DNA of 63,573 bases, counting the filler, from Hausera hauseri (taxonomy: Eukaryota), in NCBI GenBank assembly GCA_046269625.1. It is 11 parts of 11 records of this genome, joined end to end, with 100 filler letters (N's around TTAATTAATTAA, not from the genome) between each part and the next. Parts side by side here need not be neighbours in the genome. Positions count along the whole stretch, not along the records: positions 47,027 to 55,015 come from JBJURY010833192.1; positions 55,116 to 59,128 come from JBJURY010819864.1; positions 59,229 to 63,573 come from JBJURY010625108.1; 8 more parts are not named here. One strand, written 5' to 3'. The notes under the pieces were generated by a model. The model did not search any database, had not been told where the DNA came from, and worked only from the letters and a program-made list of their open reading frames with translations. This document shows positions 49,515 through 60,637 of this stretch, one piece after another (the first letter of the stretch is position 1; each line of letters opens with the position of its first letter). The position numbers and the translations under genes are program-made.

Positions 49515-52500
49515 TTAAAAATGCTGGTGCGGAGGAGAAACATATCTCCGCCGTGGTGGACGATGGCGCTGCTGGCGCATAAAGGCAATGTCGGATGCTG
49601 GCGAGTTTTCCGCTGGGCCATCTTGTTTCGGCTGTAATGCTGCGGCAGATCCATCTGGTGGTGGAGGCTGAGGAGGTGAAGTCTTTTTCTCCGGGAGTGT
49701 TCGAGGTCGGAGTTTCTTTTGGTACGGATGAGTGGTCTGTCGGTGCTGCTGGCGAGGAATTCTAGGTACGGAATACGGGAACCTTTTGGTGGGTTTCTTC
49801 AGGATGCTCCGGGGTTCAGACGGGATCTGTGTTGGACCAGCGACCTCTGGAGATGAAGTGGCAGATGGTGGACGCGGAATGACGCCGCGAGGCTGCCGGC
49901 GTCGCTGCGGACGCATTGGTGCACTGGGTTTGGAAGCTGGATCCGGGTTGCTGGAAGTTGCCGAAGGAGTAGGTCGCGGAATCTTTGGTGCAGGAGGACC
50001 GAAGGCTTGTTGTGGGCGCTTCCGTCTGGGTCCTTGAATGGCCGGTAGAGTGCGTGGAGGATGGGATGGAGTTTGTTTCTTCGGCCGAGAGGAGGATGAT
50101 TGCGTTGATGGTTTACGCTTCGTGCTGGCTGTTGCGGACGGTTGAGCGGCCGTGGTCGGTGTAGAATCAGCGGATGACGTACTTGGAGAAGCAGCTGGTA
50201 CGAGGGCATTGGACGGAGCAGTAGCAAATAGAGGCATCTCGCTGCGGGAATAGTACTTCTTTAGCTGGTCTACATTTGCCTTGATCTCCTGCTGACCGTT
50301 GAGTGGCGTGATGGTGGCGTTGTTACCGCGTAAGCGAATAATTTTATATGGCCCGTCAAATTTCTGGCAAAATTTTGCAACTCGTTGTTGAGATGCTGAA
50401 GATTGAAAATGAGTGGCTTTTAGAACAAGATCGTTTAATTTAAGGTTAGGTTCTTGCCGACCTTGGTTATAGTACTTTGCCTGCAGCGCTTGTTGTGCGT
50501 GTGTTTTCTTTAAACATTCTTCGGCTAACTTGGTTACATTTTGAGGTGAAAATTCTTGTGCACGTTCAGGTGTAAAAAATAAGCGATCTAGGGGTGTGAT
50601 AAGCTTTCGGCCAAGAAATATTTCTGCTGGTGTTTTTCCCGTCGTGTCATGTTTCGCGGTGCGTAAGGCAAAAGATAATTCATCTATATACAAATCCCAG
50701 GAGGTATGGTGCTGCTCAATAAACATACTTAAGAAACGAACAATATTACGATTGACACGCTCAGCTATGTTAGACTGAGGTCTGTATGTTACAGTCTGTG
50801 CATGCACAATTTCGAGTCTGTGACACATGTCGGTAAATAAATTTGATATCAGCTGTGCTCCATTATCGGATATTAATTTAATCGGGGCCCCAAATTTTAG
50901 TACAAAATTATGCATAAAAGCATTCGTTACAGCACTAGCTGATGCCCGTTTTAAAGGAACAATTTCTGTCCACTTTGAAAAATGATCGACAATGACTAAA
51001 AGAAAACGATATTTGCCGGCGTTACTACGAGGGTAAGGACCCAAAAGATCTATTCCGACTATTTCATTTGGAAAGGTAGCCTGTACACTGTGTAAGTAAC
51101 CGACGGGTTTAGTATTACGGTAATTATATTTTTGACAAGTGTCACAAGACTTTACGTATTCCATGATATATTGTCTTAATTTTGGCCAAAAGACTGACTG
51201 GCTAGCTCGAGCAAAGGTTTTTCTTATTCCCCCATGCCCAGCAAGGGGGGAATCATGTAATTTATGCAGCACCATTTCTCGTAAGGAATGTGGGATTACT
51301 GGTCGAAGCTCACTGTTGGAATTTAGTTTACCCTTATAGTACAAAAGCTCCTCCACAATTTCGTAATCCTTCGCGCGGCTTTGAATGATAGTTTTATTAA
51401 TCTTAGTGTATTCGTCCGGATTAAGTAGAAAGGCATATATATCGCTAAATTCAGGATCATTTTGTATTTCTTGTTTTAATTTATCGCGTTCTTCGAATAC
51501 AACAGATGTTAAAAGGTCGCATTTAGCATTCGAGCTTTCAACAATTTCAGGGATTCTGGAAAGTGCATCGGCGACTTGGTTTTCCTTCCCAGGTTTATGA
51601 ATAATATTTAAATTATATTCCTGCAATTTAAGTGCCCACCGTATGATCCTGGGAGGGAAATTCTTACCCGTGTGTAACCGGGTTAAAGGAGCATGATCTG
51701 TGATGACAGTAATGGGTTTTTCCGACAAATAGATTTTGAACTTTTCTAGCGCGAAAAGGATAGCTAGAGTTTCTCGTTCTGCTGTGGTATAATTTCGTTC
51801 AGCCGAATTTAAAGTTCTGGATACATATGCTATGGGATGGCCGTCTTGAGCCAAGCAGGCACCGATACCGACGAGACTACCATCACTGTGGATTGTAAAG
51901 GGTTTCGTCGGATCAGGATGTCTCAGAATGGGTGCCTTAACCAATTTCGCTTTTAATTTGTCAAATGCTTCTTGTGCTTTGTCGTTCCAATTAAACTTTA
52001 CTCTTTTACGGCGTAAGCTGTGTAGCGGTTCGGCAATATCTGAAAAGTGAGGAATGAATTGCCTGTAATACGAGCATAAGCCAAGAAAAGAAGCAAGTTG
52101 TTTAGCCGTTTTAGGAGTAGGAAAGTTTTGTACTGCCTCGATTTTGGAATTGTCAGTTTTTAACCCGTCCCGTGTAACAATATAGCCTAGATACTTTAAT
52201 TCCTCCCGAAAGAAATGAGATTTGGAAAGATTGATAGTTAAACCGGCCTGTTGTAATAAAGTAAAGACCTCGCGGAGGTCGGCAAGGTGTTGGGCAAAAG
52301 AAGACGAAGTGACGATGATGTCGTCCAAATAAACTAATGTAGTTTTTCCCAAAACTGGTTTAAGGACCGTATCCATTGTCTTTTGGAAGGTGGAGGGAGC
52401 TCCACTTAGGCCGAAAGGCATTCTTGTGAAAGCGTATGTGCCAGATTTAACGATGAATGCAGTTTTATCAACATCTGACGGGGCCATAGCTATTTGGTGG

Positions 52501-54227
52501 TAACCAGAATTTAAGTCAATGGTGGACATAAATGCAGTAGAATGAATGTTACGGAGTAGATCATCAATGAGTGGCATTGGATATTTAGGATAATGAGTGA
52601 TTTCATTCAGGCGGCGATAATCTACTGCAAAACGCCATGCTTTAGGATCGGTTAAAGGTAAAGTGGACTTTTTCTTGCACAGCACAACGGGGCTGGCGTA
52701 CGGGCTATTGCTGGGCACTATTATGTGTTGTTGAAGCATATCTTTAATATGCTGTTCAAGGATTACTTCTTTAGGTTTAGGATAACGGTATGGCCTGGCA
52801 TGAACAGGTTTGTCGTGAATTAAGTGTATTTCATGCGTGGCTGCATGTGTTAATCCGGGTGTATTGGCAAAAAGGTCGGGAAATGAATGTATGAGGTGAG
52901 ATATTTTACCTTTTTGATAGTCAGGCAAGGAGTCAGGCAGTGGTAGACACAACTGTGCGGTTGGAGTACTAGTGGAACTTCCTAGTTCAAACGAGGCAGA
53001 GTTTGTAGAGAGATCGAGGATCGCCTTGCTACGGTGGAGAAAATCCAATCCAAGAATGACTGGATTCGACATCTGGTCAAATATAAGAAAGTCAAATGGT
53101 AGTTCTTCCTTGTGCAATGTGATGGTGGCTCGAAACTGGCCACGAATCTTGCAGCGAGAGCCGTCGGCGGTCCTGACGTTCATGGGAGGAGCAGGTCGGA
53201 GGAGACGATGTGGAAAATATCGGTAAAAAAAATCAGCATCCATAAAGGTACGGTCGCTCCCAGTGTCCAGGACGGCTTCGACGGGATGGTGATCTATCTG
53301 TAATATAAGTGAACGGAGGTTGGCCGGCTTGATCGTAACTCGGTTAATTTCGACGGGTCGAGAGAAAGAAACTCGCCTTCTACGGTAGTCAGGATACCGG
53401 CGAGGTGCAGGCGGTGAAGGAGACCTGGGTGGTGAAGATCGGGACGGGCTCAGCTGGCGGTCGACTGGTGGCAGGGCCGGACGATGACGAATGTTGTTCT
53501 GCCAGCGAGGTGGTGGGCGTCTGTCGAAAGCTCGAGGACGATAAGATTGAAGGTGCTGATAAGACGCCGGTGCAGGAGTGGGCGGCTGGACGGCATGACG
53601 ACTGTCAAATTCTTTGGCATAGTTGAAAAGTTGGTATGAGGACGAGATCGCTTTGGCGTCGATTAGGTCTTGAATTTCAGGGGTGCATCGTGGGATGATG
53701 ACCCGTAATTTGTTCGCGTCCGAAATGACATCTCCGAGGGCGTTGAACAGTTCCATCTTGCGGCTGACAAATAAGTGGAGAGGTTGGCCAGGTTGCTGTC
53801 GGACGGTATATAACTCTTCTTCTAGTTGAAGACGGGGAATGGTTTCTTTAAATATAATGTTCATCTCTTGTTGAAGATGGTAATAGGGAGTATGATCCGT
53901 GCGCCCTTCAATTTCGGCTTTGCCGACCACGTCAAACCACAGCTTGGCTTCGCCTTCGAGGGCGGCGGTAAGGAAGGCGTATTTCTGCGTATCCGGTACG
54001 CCATGGGTAAGAAAATGTTGCTCGGCTTGCTGAAAAAAGACCTTGACGGGCGTAGATCCATCGTACTTTACTGGAAGTGCGGGCGGGCGGGGCGTCAAGG
54101 CGATGGCGAGTTTGGATAGTGCCTCTGCAATGTCCATAGATGGGGCTGGTGCAGGGCTTTCGGCGGGCCGCAGAGATAGGCCTTGGAGTTGTTGTTGTAG
54201 AGAATTCATTTTAATTGTAGTATGCAA
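49515..54227 (-). CDS. Intact single-ORF Ty3/Gypsy gag-pol polyprotein (likely start 54209)
   Basis: gag, AVLDTGS, VYLDD, IHSDGS RNase H, HHCC, DDE integrase and KFDGPYKI, then a ~240 aa P/S/R-rich tail. No stops. Confidence 0.96.
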   Translation of the reverse strand: MHTTIKMNSLQQQLQGLSLRPAESPAPAPSMDIAEALSKLAIALTPRPPALPVKYDGSTPVKVFFQQAEQHFLTHGVPDTQKYAFLTAALEGEAKLWFDVVGKAEIEGRTDHTPYYHLQQEMNIIFKETIPRLQLEEELYTVRQQPGQPLHLFVSRKMELFNALGDVISDANKLRVIIPRCTPEIQDLIDAKAISSSYQLFNYAKEFDSRHAVQPPTPAPASYQHLQSYRPRAFDRRPPPRWQNNIRHRPALPPVDRQLSPSRSSPPRSPSPPAPRRYPDYRRRRVSFSRPVEINRVTIKPANLRSLILQIDHHPVEAVLDTGSDRTFMDADFFYRYFPHRLLRPAPPMNVRTADGSRCKIRGQFRATITLHKEELPFDFLIFDQMSNPVILGLDFLHRSKAILDLSTNSASFELGSSTSTPTAQLCLPLPDSLPDYQKGKISHLIHSFPDLFANTPGLTHAATHEIHLIHDKPVHARPYRYPKPKEVILEQHIKDMLQQHIIVPSNSPYASPVVLCKKKSTLPLTDPKAWRFAVDYRRLNEITHYPKYPMPLIDDLLRNIHSTAFMSTIDLNSGYHQIAMAPSDVDKTAFIVKSGTYAFTRMPFGLSGAPSTFQKTMDTVLKPVLGKTTLVYLDDIIVTSSSFAQHLADLREVFTLLQQAGLTINLSKSHFFREELKYLGYIVTRDGLKTDNSKIEAVQNFPTPKTAKQLASFLGLCSYYRQFIPHFSDIAEPLHSLRRKRVKFNWNDKAQEAFDKLKAKLVKAPILRHPDPTKPFTIHSDGSLVGIGACLAQDGHPIAYVSRTLNSAERNYTTAERETLAILFALEKFKIYLSEKPITVITDHAPLTRLHTGKNFPPRIIRWALKLQEYNLNIIHKPGKENQVADALSRIPEIVESSNAKCDLLTSVVFEERDKLKQEIQNDPEFSDIYAFLLNPDEYTKINKTIIQSRAKDYEIVEELLYYKGKLNSNSELRPVIPHSLREMVLHKLHDSPLAGHGGIRKTFARASQSVFWPKLRQYIMEYVKSCDTCQKYNYRNTKPVGYLHSVQATFPNEIVGIDLLGPYPRSNAGKYRFLLVIVDHFSKWTEIVPLKRASASAVTNAFMHNFVLKFGAPIKLISDNGAQLISNLFTDMCHRLEIVHAQTVTYRPQSNIAERVNRNIVRFLSMFIEQHHTSWDLYIDELSFALRTAKHDTTGKTPAEIFLGRKLITPLDRLFFTPERAQEFSPQNVTKLAEECLKKTHAQQALQAKYYNQGRQEPNLKLNDLVLKATHFQSSASQQRVAKFCQKFDGPYKIIRLRGNNATITPLNGQQEIKANVDQLKKYYSRSEMPLFATAPSNALVPAASPSTSSADSTPTTAAQPSATASTKRKPSTQSSSSRPKKQTPSHPPRTLPAIQGPRRKRPQQAFGPPAPKIPRPTPSATSSNPDPASKPSAPMRPQRRRQPRGVIPRPPSATSSPEVAGPTQIPSEPRSILKKPTKRFPYSVPRIPRQQHRQTTHPYQKKLRPRTLPEKKTSPPQPPPPDGSAAALQPKQDGPAENSPASDIAFMRQQRHRPPRRRYVSPPHQHF

Positions 54228-54260
54228 TCCAGAAGTAAATGAAGCTGAAGTTACTGACTA

Positions 54261-54274
54261 CTGTTTGGGCGCCA
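54261..54274 (-). promoter_or_regulatory. Primer-binding site, tRNA-Lys-like
   Basis: TGGCGCCCAAACAG lies one base after an LTR ending CA. The Lys3 PBS is TGGCGCCCGAACAG. Confidence 0.8.
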
Positions 54275-54275
54275 A

Positions 54276-54999
54276 TGTGGAGAATCACCCTGATTCTCTA
54301 CCTGAAATGTGTGTCTTCAGCTTCCCAGGATTCAGTCCCAAAAGATGACAGAGTCAGAATTGCCGATAAAAAATAAAAGTTTATTCACTATTCAAGTACA
54401 CTGGCTTGGAAATAAAAGCCTTTTAATTAATCAAAGTAAAATTGCCCACTCGGCGAGAACTGTTACATGAAGTTGATATTGAGTTGAACTACTATAAGTT
54501 GTCAGAAATAAATCACACACACATACAATACTCCGATAGTCAGAACGACTTAGCTCACTAGCAGAGCGCTAGGATTTGAACGTTATAGAAGCAACTACTA
54601 AAGTACAGTGCAGTGCAACGCACAATGACACTCTTACACTCTCTCTCACCCACACTAAGCTTTTACACTTCTTATATACATTTATCCCGGGACTTAAATT
54701 TGCATCTCATTTACATAATTCTCCGTTTACTGTTTCTTTCGATAATTTTGAATCCGTGAGGCAGTCATGTGACAGGGTGCTGGAAGGAGAGATCGTAGGA
54801 CAGATAACTAAAAGTAGAGTGTTAAGTAACTTAAAAATAACAGCGACCCCTATACTTGCCTCCCTCACAGAAAAGAAAACCGAGACATGGACCCAACGGT
54901 CCAGATGAAGGTTTATAAAAAGAGTTAAATGTCAAAAGCGGGATACCCCCAAATTTAGAATACCATAGTGACTAATTATCGAAATAACCCAGGGAACCC
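54276..54999 (-). repeat. 5' LTR of the intact Gypsy element (truncated at the contig end)
   Basis: Homologous to 48102-48811 and abuts the PBS. Confidence 0.8.
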
Positions 55000-55115
55000 T
55001 TGCAAAAAAAAAAAANNNNNNNNNNNNNNNNNNNNNNNNNNNNNNNNNNNNNNNNNNNNTTAATTAATTAANNNNNNNNNNNNNNNNNNNNNNNNNNNNN
55101 NNNNNNNNNNNNNNN

Positions 55116-58100
55116 TCTCTTTTAATTTTTGCTAGTGGTTCGTCTTCTGTGGATGTTTCTGAATCTCGTAATCTTTTCATTCTCCTGACCATTTGGTCCA
55201 TTTCTGACGTTTCAGTTTCTGTATCCTCGACTAAGGTATCTGAACTACTATCTGCAGTTTCATTACCATCCTTCTGTTCGCCTTGCGTTTCTTCATCATC
55301 TCCTTCGTCTTCTCGTGCTAGCCTCTTTTCTCTGTCTTCAAGTCTTCTTTTTCTTTCTAATAATGGGAGATCGCTATCTTCTGATGAGCTACTTAACATT
55401 GTTCTTCTTCTTTTTAGTTGTTGCGCTCTGGCTTCTTCAAATCTCCTTCTCGCTGCTGCACGTGTGTTTTGGTATGGTGCTGTAGTGTCTGTTTCTACTT
55501 CTGTTTTCGTTGGTGTTCTCGTTGGTAGCGGTAGTGCAATTTCATATCTCGTGTCGCTTTCGTCTTCTGACATTTCTTCGCTGCTGGAACTCTCCTCTGT
55601 TGTCATTTTGGTGCTACTTTCTTCTTTCGGTGGTACCACATATCTTGACTTCCTTATTTTGTTCTTGAGCTCGACTTTTGGCTCTTCGAAAAATTTCCTA
55701 TCATCTTTTCGTAATTGACTTGTCGTAACTGTAGCTTCGTGGTTTTCTTTTTGGTTGACTATTACGTACGTTGTTGGACCTTTTTTCTCAATTATTCGAT
55801 ATCCGGGCAACCAGTTATTCTCTAATTTGGAGCTTTTCCTATGTTTCCTATAATAAACCTTATCTCCGATTTCGAAGTCTTGTTGAACCGTTTTCGGGTC
55901 GCTGTATTTTTTTCTTCTCTGGAATGCTGTTTTTAAGTTTCTGCTAACCTTGACTGCGATTTCATGCAGCTTTTGTAACAAGTATCTATGGAATTCTTCT
56001 CCCTGGTATCTAAGTCTTGGGTTGAGTAGATTGTCAATAGGTAGTGTCGGCTCTCTGCCAAACAGCATCTCATATGGAGAAAATCTTCTACTACCATTCT
56101 CCATCACTCGAATCACCATTGCAGCTTGGCTCAGATACAAATCCCATTCTTTCGGCTGATCTTGTGTATACTTAGCAATAACATCGTATATCGTTGAGTG
56201 TTGCCTTTCATTAATCCCGTTCGCTCCTGGATTGTACACTGCTGTTTTTACATGTTTAATATTCATTTCCTTCAACGTATCCCGCATAGCTTGGTTGACA
56301 AATTCACGTCCATTGTCGGTAACAATTATTTTCGGGCATCCATATCGAGGAATGAACTTTTCTAGTAAAATGTCTACTACGTTCTCTGCAGATTTGTCTG
56401 GGACGGCATATAACTCAGGCCAACCGCTATACACATCTACTATGTGTAGTATGTATTTATTTCCTGATGCCGTTAGGGGGTGCGGTCCGGAAAGATCCAA
56501 ACTTATCTTCTCGATAGGGTAGCTCGCATAGTCTGGCTCTTGTATCGGGTGTTTCAGCACCTCCATATTCCGCAGTTTGCACGTTTCACATTTCTTTACA
56601 TAGTTCCCAATTTCCGGCAACATATTTTTCCAATAATATTTTCTACTTATCAATTCTGTCGTCCTGTCTCTGCCAAGATGTCCTAGTTGATCATGGTACT
56701 GCTGTAATACCATTTGCTTCATACTTTGAGGTACACACAGCTGAAAATTTCTCTTCTCTTCTCCACCTACTCGGTATAATTCTCCATCATCTAATATAAA
56801 TTTTTTCAACTTTTTCTGTGTTTCGGGTATTTCTGATTTTAAGCCTTCGATAATGTGCTTTAATTCTTCGTCCCGCTGTTGTTCTTCTCGCATATCTATC
56901 TTGTTTTCTTCGGTCTCACTGTTGTCTGTTTCCGATTCTTGGGTTTCGCTATGTTTCATTTTTGCTGGGTCAACCGCTGATATTTGTAGTGTGTGATCGT
57001 CTATTTCCGGTGTGCCTTCTTCTATCTCTTCTCTCTGGTTGTCTGTCTCATTTTGTTTGTCCGGTATTCGTGACAATAGGTCAGCAATTGTGTTTTCAGG
57101 GCCCGGAATATAGTCGATATTCATATTATACCCTTGCAGATTTATAATCCACGGCTGGATTCTTTTGTTTTGCATATCTGCTCGCAGCATCGCCTTCAGT
57201 GGCATATGATCAGTTTTGACTGTAAATTTGCTGTTATGCAAATAAAAGTTCAATTTTTGTAATGAGTAGTGGATCGCATAGGCTTCTTTTTCGGTTACTG
57301 ACCATTTCCTTTGTGATTTGGTCAGCCTATGGGACAAGAAATAGATTGGTTTCTCCTTGGGTATTTCTTTGCCTTTAACAATCTCCTTGCCGTCTTCTTG
57401 GGCTAATACCGCTCCTATCGCGTAATCTGACGCATCCGTATATAGCACGTATTCTTTGTTGACGTTCGGGTATGTCAGCAGTGGTACGATGGTCAAGCTT
57501 TCCTTCAGATATTCGAAGGCTTTTTGACAGTTTTCGTCCCATCGGAACCTTGCGAATTTTCGTGTTAACGCAACCAGTGGTTCTGCTATTACCGAGAAGT
57601 TGGGAATGAATCTACGGTAATACCCGCATGTTCCGAGGAAGCCTCTAACTTCTTTTGTAGATTTCGGCGCTGCCATCGATCGTATCGCTGTCACTTTATC
57701 TTTATCCGGTTGTACCCCTTGTCTGTTGATCACGAACCCGAGATATTTCGTTTCTTCTTTTAGAAATTCACATTTACTTAGTTTGAGTTTCACCTTGTGT
57801 TCTCTTAATCTATCGAACACTTTCTCTACATGTTCCAAGTGATCTTCAATGTCTCCCTTTGTGAAGATTAAGATGTCATCGATGTAGGCAAGTGCGTACT
57901 GTTGCATGCCTTCTAGAACGATGTTCATTAGCGACATGTAGGTCGCTGGGGATCCTTTCAACCCGAATGGCATGACGTTCCATGCATACAATCCAGTATG
58001 TGTACAGAATGCACTCTTCATCTTCGCATCCGGTGGCATCAGGATGCACCAAAAACCTGACCTCACGTCTAATGTGGTGAAATACGTGGTCCCGTCTAGT

Positions 58101-59128
58101 ACTCCCAGAATGTCATCAATTAAGGGCATCGGATAACTTACATTGGCGGTTATTGCGTTCAGTGCCCTATAGTCGACGCAAAATCGATGACTTCCATCTT
58201 TTTTTGGAACGATAACTATCGGTGACGACCATTCCGATCTAGTCCTTTCTATAATTCCAGCCTGCAACATGTCTTCTATGGCTTTTTCCACAATTTCTCT
58301 ATTTCCAAGTGGTGTTCGATATGGTTTCAAACTAATTGGTGGATGATCACCAGTATCAATTCTCATCGTAACTGTCTGCGTTCTTCCTAGTTCCATATCC
58401 GATAGTGCGAATACGTCAGGGTGTTTCCTAACAAACTTCTCTATTCTCTCTCTATGTGTTGGGTCTACTTTTATTGTTTCTAGTAGTTTCCTTGTTCTTT
58501 CATCATCTTGTGTCACTTCTGCTACTACCTTGCCTTGTTTCTTTCTCCAAAGTCCTTCTCGTATTTCTTTTAGTACATTGTCTCTGTGTATTCTTCTTTG
58601 TCGTCTCTCTTCTGTTTCCATACTTATTCGTGTCTCTAATTTCTTTTCTCTTTGGTTACTTCCCATGTTTCTAGTGATTGTTTCGCATTTCGTTGTCTGC
58701 GGTTTCTCCACTTTCGCTATAATGCAACCTTTTTGCAAAGTGATTGTCTTTCCGGTGTGGTTCGCCACCATCACTGGTATCTCTTTTCTCCTGTTTAACT
58801 TCACTATCCCACATATGGTTTGTAGTCCGGGTTCGTCAATTATGTCTTTTTCTTCTAATGCTGTTACCAGTGTGCTTTCTCCTTCTTCCCAATATTGATT
58901 TCCTTTCATTACGGCTATCACTATGTTCAACGAATTTGGTTTCATACTAATCTTTTGCTTCACCCGAATGATTGACGCTATATGTATGTCGTCTTCCAAA
59001 TCTACATATTCATCTTCTATCCTTATCTTTTTCAAGTCAAAATATATGCGAGCATTGTTCTTTTGCAGAAAGTCTCTGCCTATAATCGCGCTCCGGCACA
59101 TGTTTTTGATTACTAAGAAATGGTGTCT
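55116..59128 (-). CDS. Intact Ty3/Gypsy pol (PR end, dUTPase-like insert, RT, RH, IN, charged tail), partial at both ends
   Basis: Open across the whole contig. Motifs IIGRDFL, AYIDD, LYTDASD, H..LGH..C.TC and IVTDNG. Confidence 0.95.
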
Positions 59129-59295
59129 NNNNNNNNNNNNNNNNNNNNNNNNNNNNNNNNNNNNNNNNNNNNTTAATTAATTAANNNNNNNNNNNNNNNN
59201 NNNNNNNNNNNNNNNNNNNNNNNNNNNNGATACGTACTGCAACACGCGGACGGCAGAATTTTGGAAAGAAATGTGGAAAAGCTGCGGAAATTCTT

Positions 59296-59550
59296 AAAGG
59301 AGGGGAATGTGAGGAGGAATTTAAACGGATATTAATGTTTAAATTCAATTCAAAGTTAATTCATTAAATAACCAATATAAAGTCAGGAAATTCAGAAAAG
59401 GAGGAAAATAAGACTCATTTAATGAGTGAAGGAGATAATTGTTATACAAACTTCTATAATAAATTTCTTATGGATAATTCTATTTTATAATCATCAAGTC
59501 AGGTTGAGGTCGGTATTGTAGAGACGCGATCTACTAACACATACGACATT
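59296..59550 (+). mobile_element. PPT and start of a 3' LTR (TG at 59308); the same LTR start recurs at 38771-38803
   Basis: AAAGGAGGGGAA|TGTGAGG. AGGAATTTAAACG.ATATTAATGTTT is shared with 38778-38803. Confidence 0.6.
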
Positions 59551-59989
59551 TTGTTACATGTAAAAGGAGTAAAAAAACAGCGTGTTATTAAATAAACCTC
59601 GAGATTATAGAGTAAACTGTGTTGGATATTTATAGTGAATACATAATTTCATGTAAGTTGTATTAGTTAATTGGTAATAATATGTAATATTTAAATTGAT
59701 TTATTGGCAATTTTTCTGGCATTAACTGATTACAAAACTATACATATTTAATGATATTTCTACGAACAGACACACGAAATCTCCAGGCATTACGATTTAA
59801 GGTTGTTTGTGAATATGAAACTACATTATTTGGGCACTTTACCAAAGCCTTTCTGAGAGTAATTTCAACGGTTATTTAGTATTTACAATTGAACAATGCC
59901 GCTATACACGAGAGTCCTGATTCATTCTGTGAATGGTTTGGTAAAGTTGACTGGATGAATGGTTATGTCACTGATGAGACCATGTTATG

Positions 59990-60490
59990 GTGAATATACA
60001 GAAGCTGTCAAATTGCTGACCAATAATGGTGCGGATGTCAATGATGACGTATTGATCGGCAAATATTCACGGGCACATGGGATGTATACAATCGTTGGAG
60101 GAACATCTGTGTTTGGGGCTGCAACTTAATGGATAATTGCTATTATCTTCTATATTTCCCATTTTGATAGGATAAAGAATTAACTCTGCCGCCACCCATA
60201 TTTGGAATTTATCTATTACCTCCCCCATACGTCTCCCAGAGGATAAAATCGTCTGGTTCAGCAGACAAATACTCGAGGGATTACGTCACTTACACAACAA
60301 TAAAGTGATTCATAGAAACCTTAAGGGTTGCCATATCAAATGAATGACTCATAATTTAATTATCCCAGGTGATAATGTCCTTCTCGATGACGAATTCAAT
60401 GCGAAATTATCGGATTTTGGAGTATCAAAATTCATGATACGTTACGAATGTACAGCAAATTAGATGCCACCGCAAATGTTGGATGTACCC
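59990..60490 (+). pseudogene. Ankyrin-like plus MAP3K-like protein kinase remnant
   Basis: AVKLLTNNGADVN, then [38 protein letters not shown] across a 42-nt intron (60327-60368). An in-frame TAG follows at ~60460. Confidence 0.7.
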
Positions 60491-60637
60491 ACAAAATAAG
60501 GTCCCAAATCCGATATCTTATACCACCCACCCCAAAGGCGAGAAAAATGAAATCGTCACCCACCTCGTACTGTCATCAGACTGCAGTACAAAATGCCCGA
60601 TGTATTGTACAATAAACATCAATAATAACATTGAACA

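Noticed and set aside
55149-58950. Plus-strand ORFs antisense to pol (also at 49732-54348 and 25873-26397)
   Set aside because: These are shadow ORFs explained by the codon bias of the sense frame.
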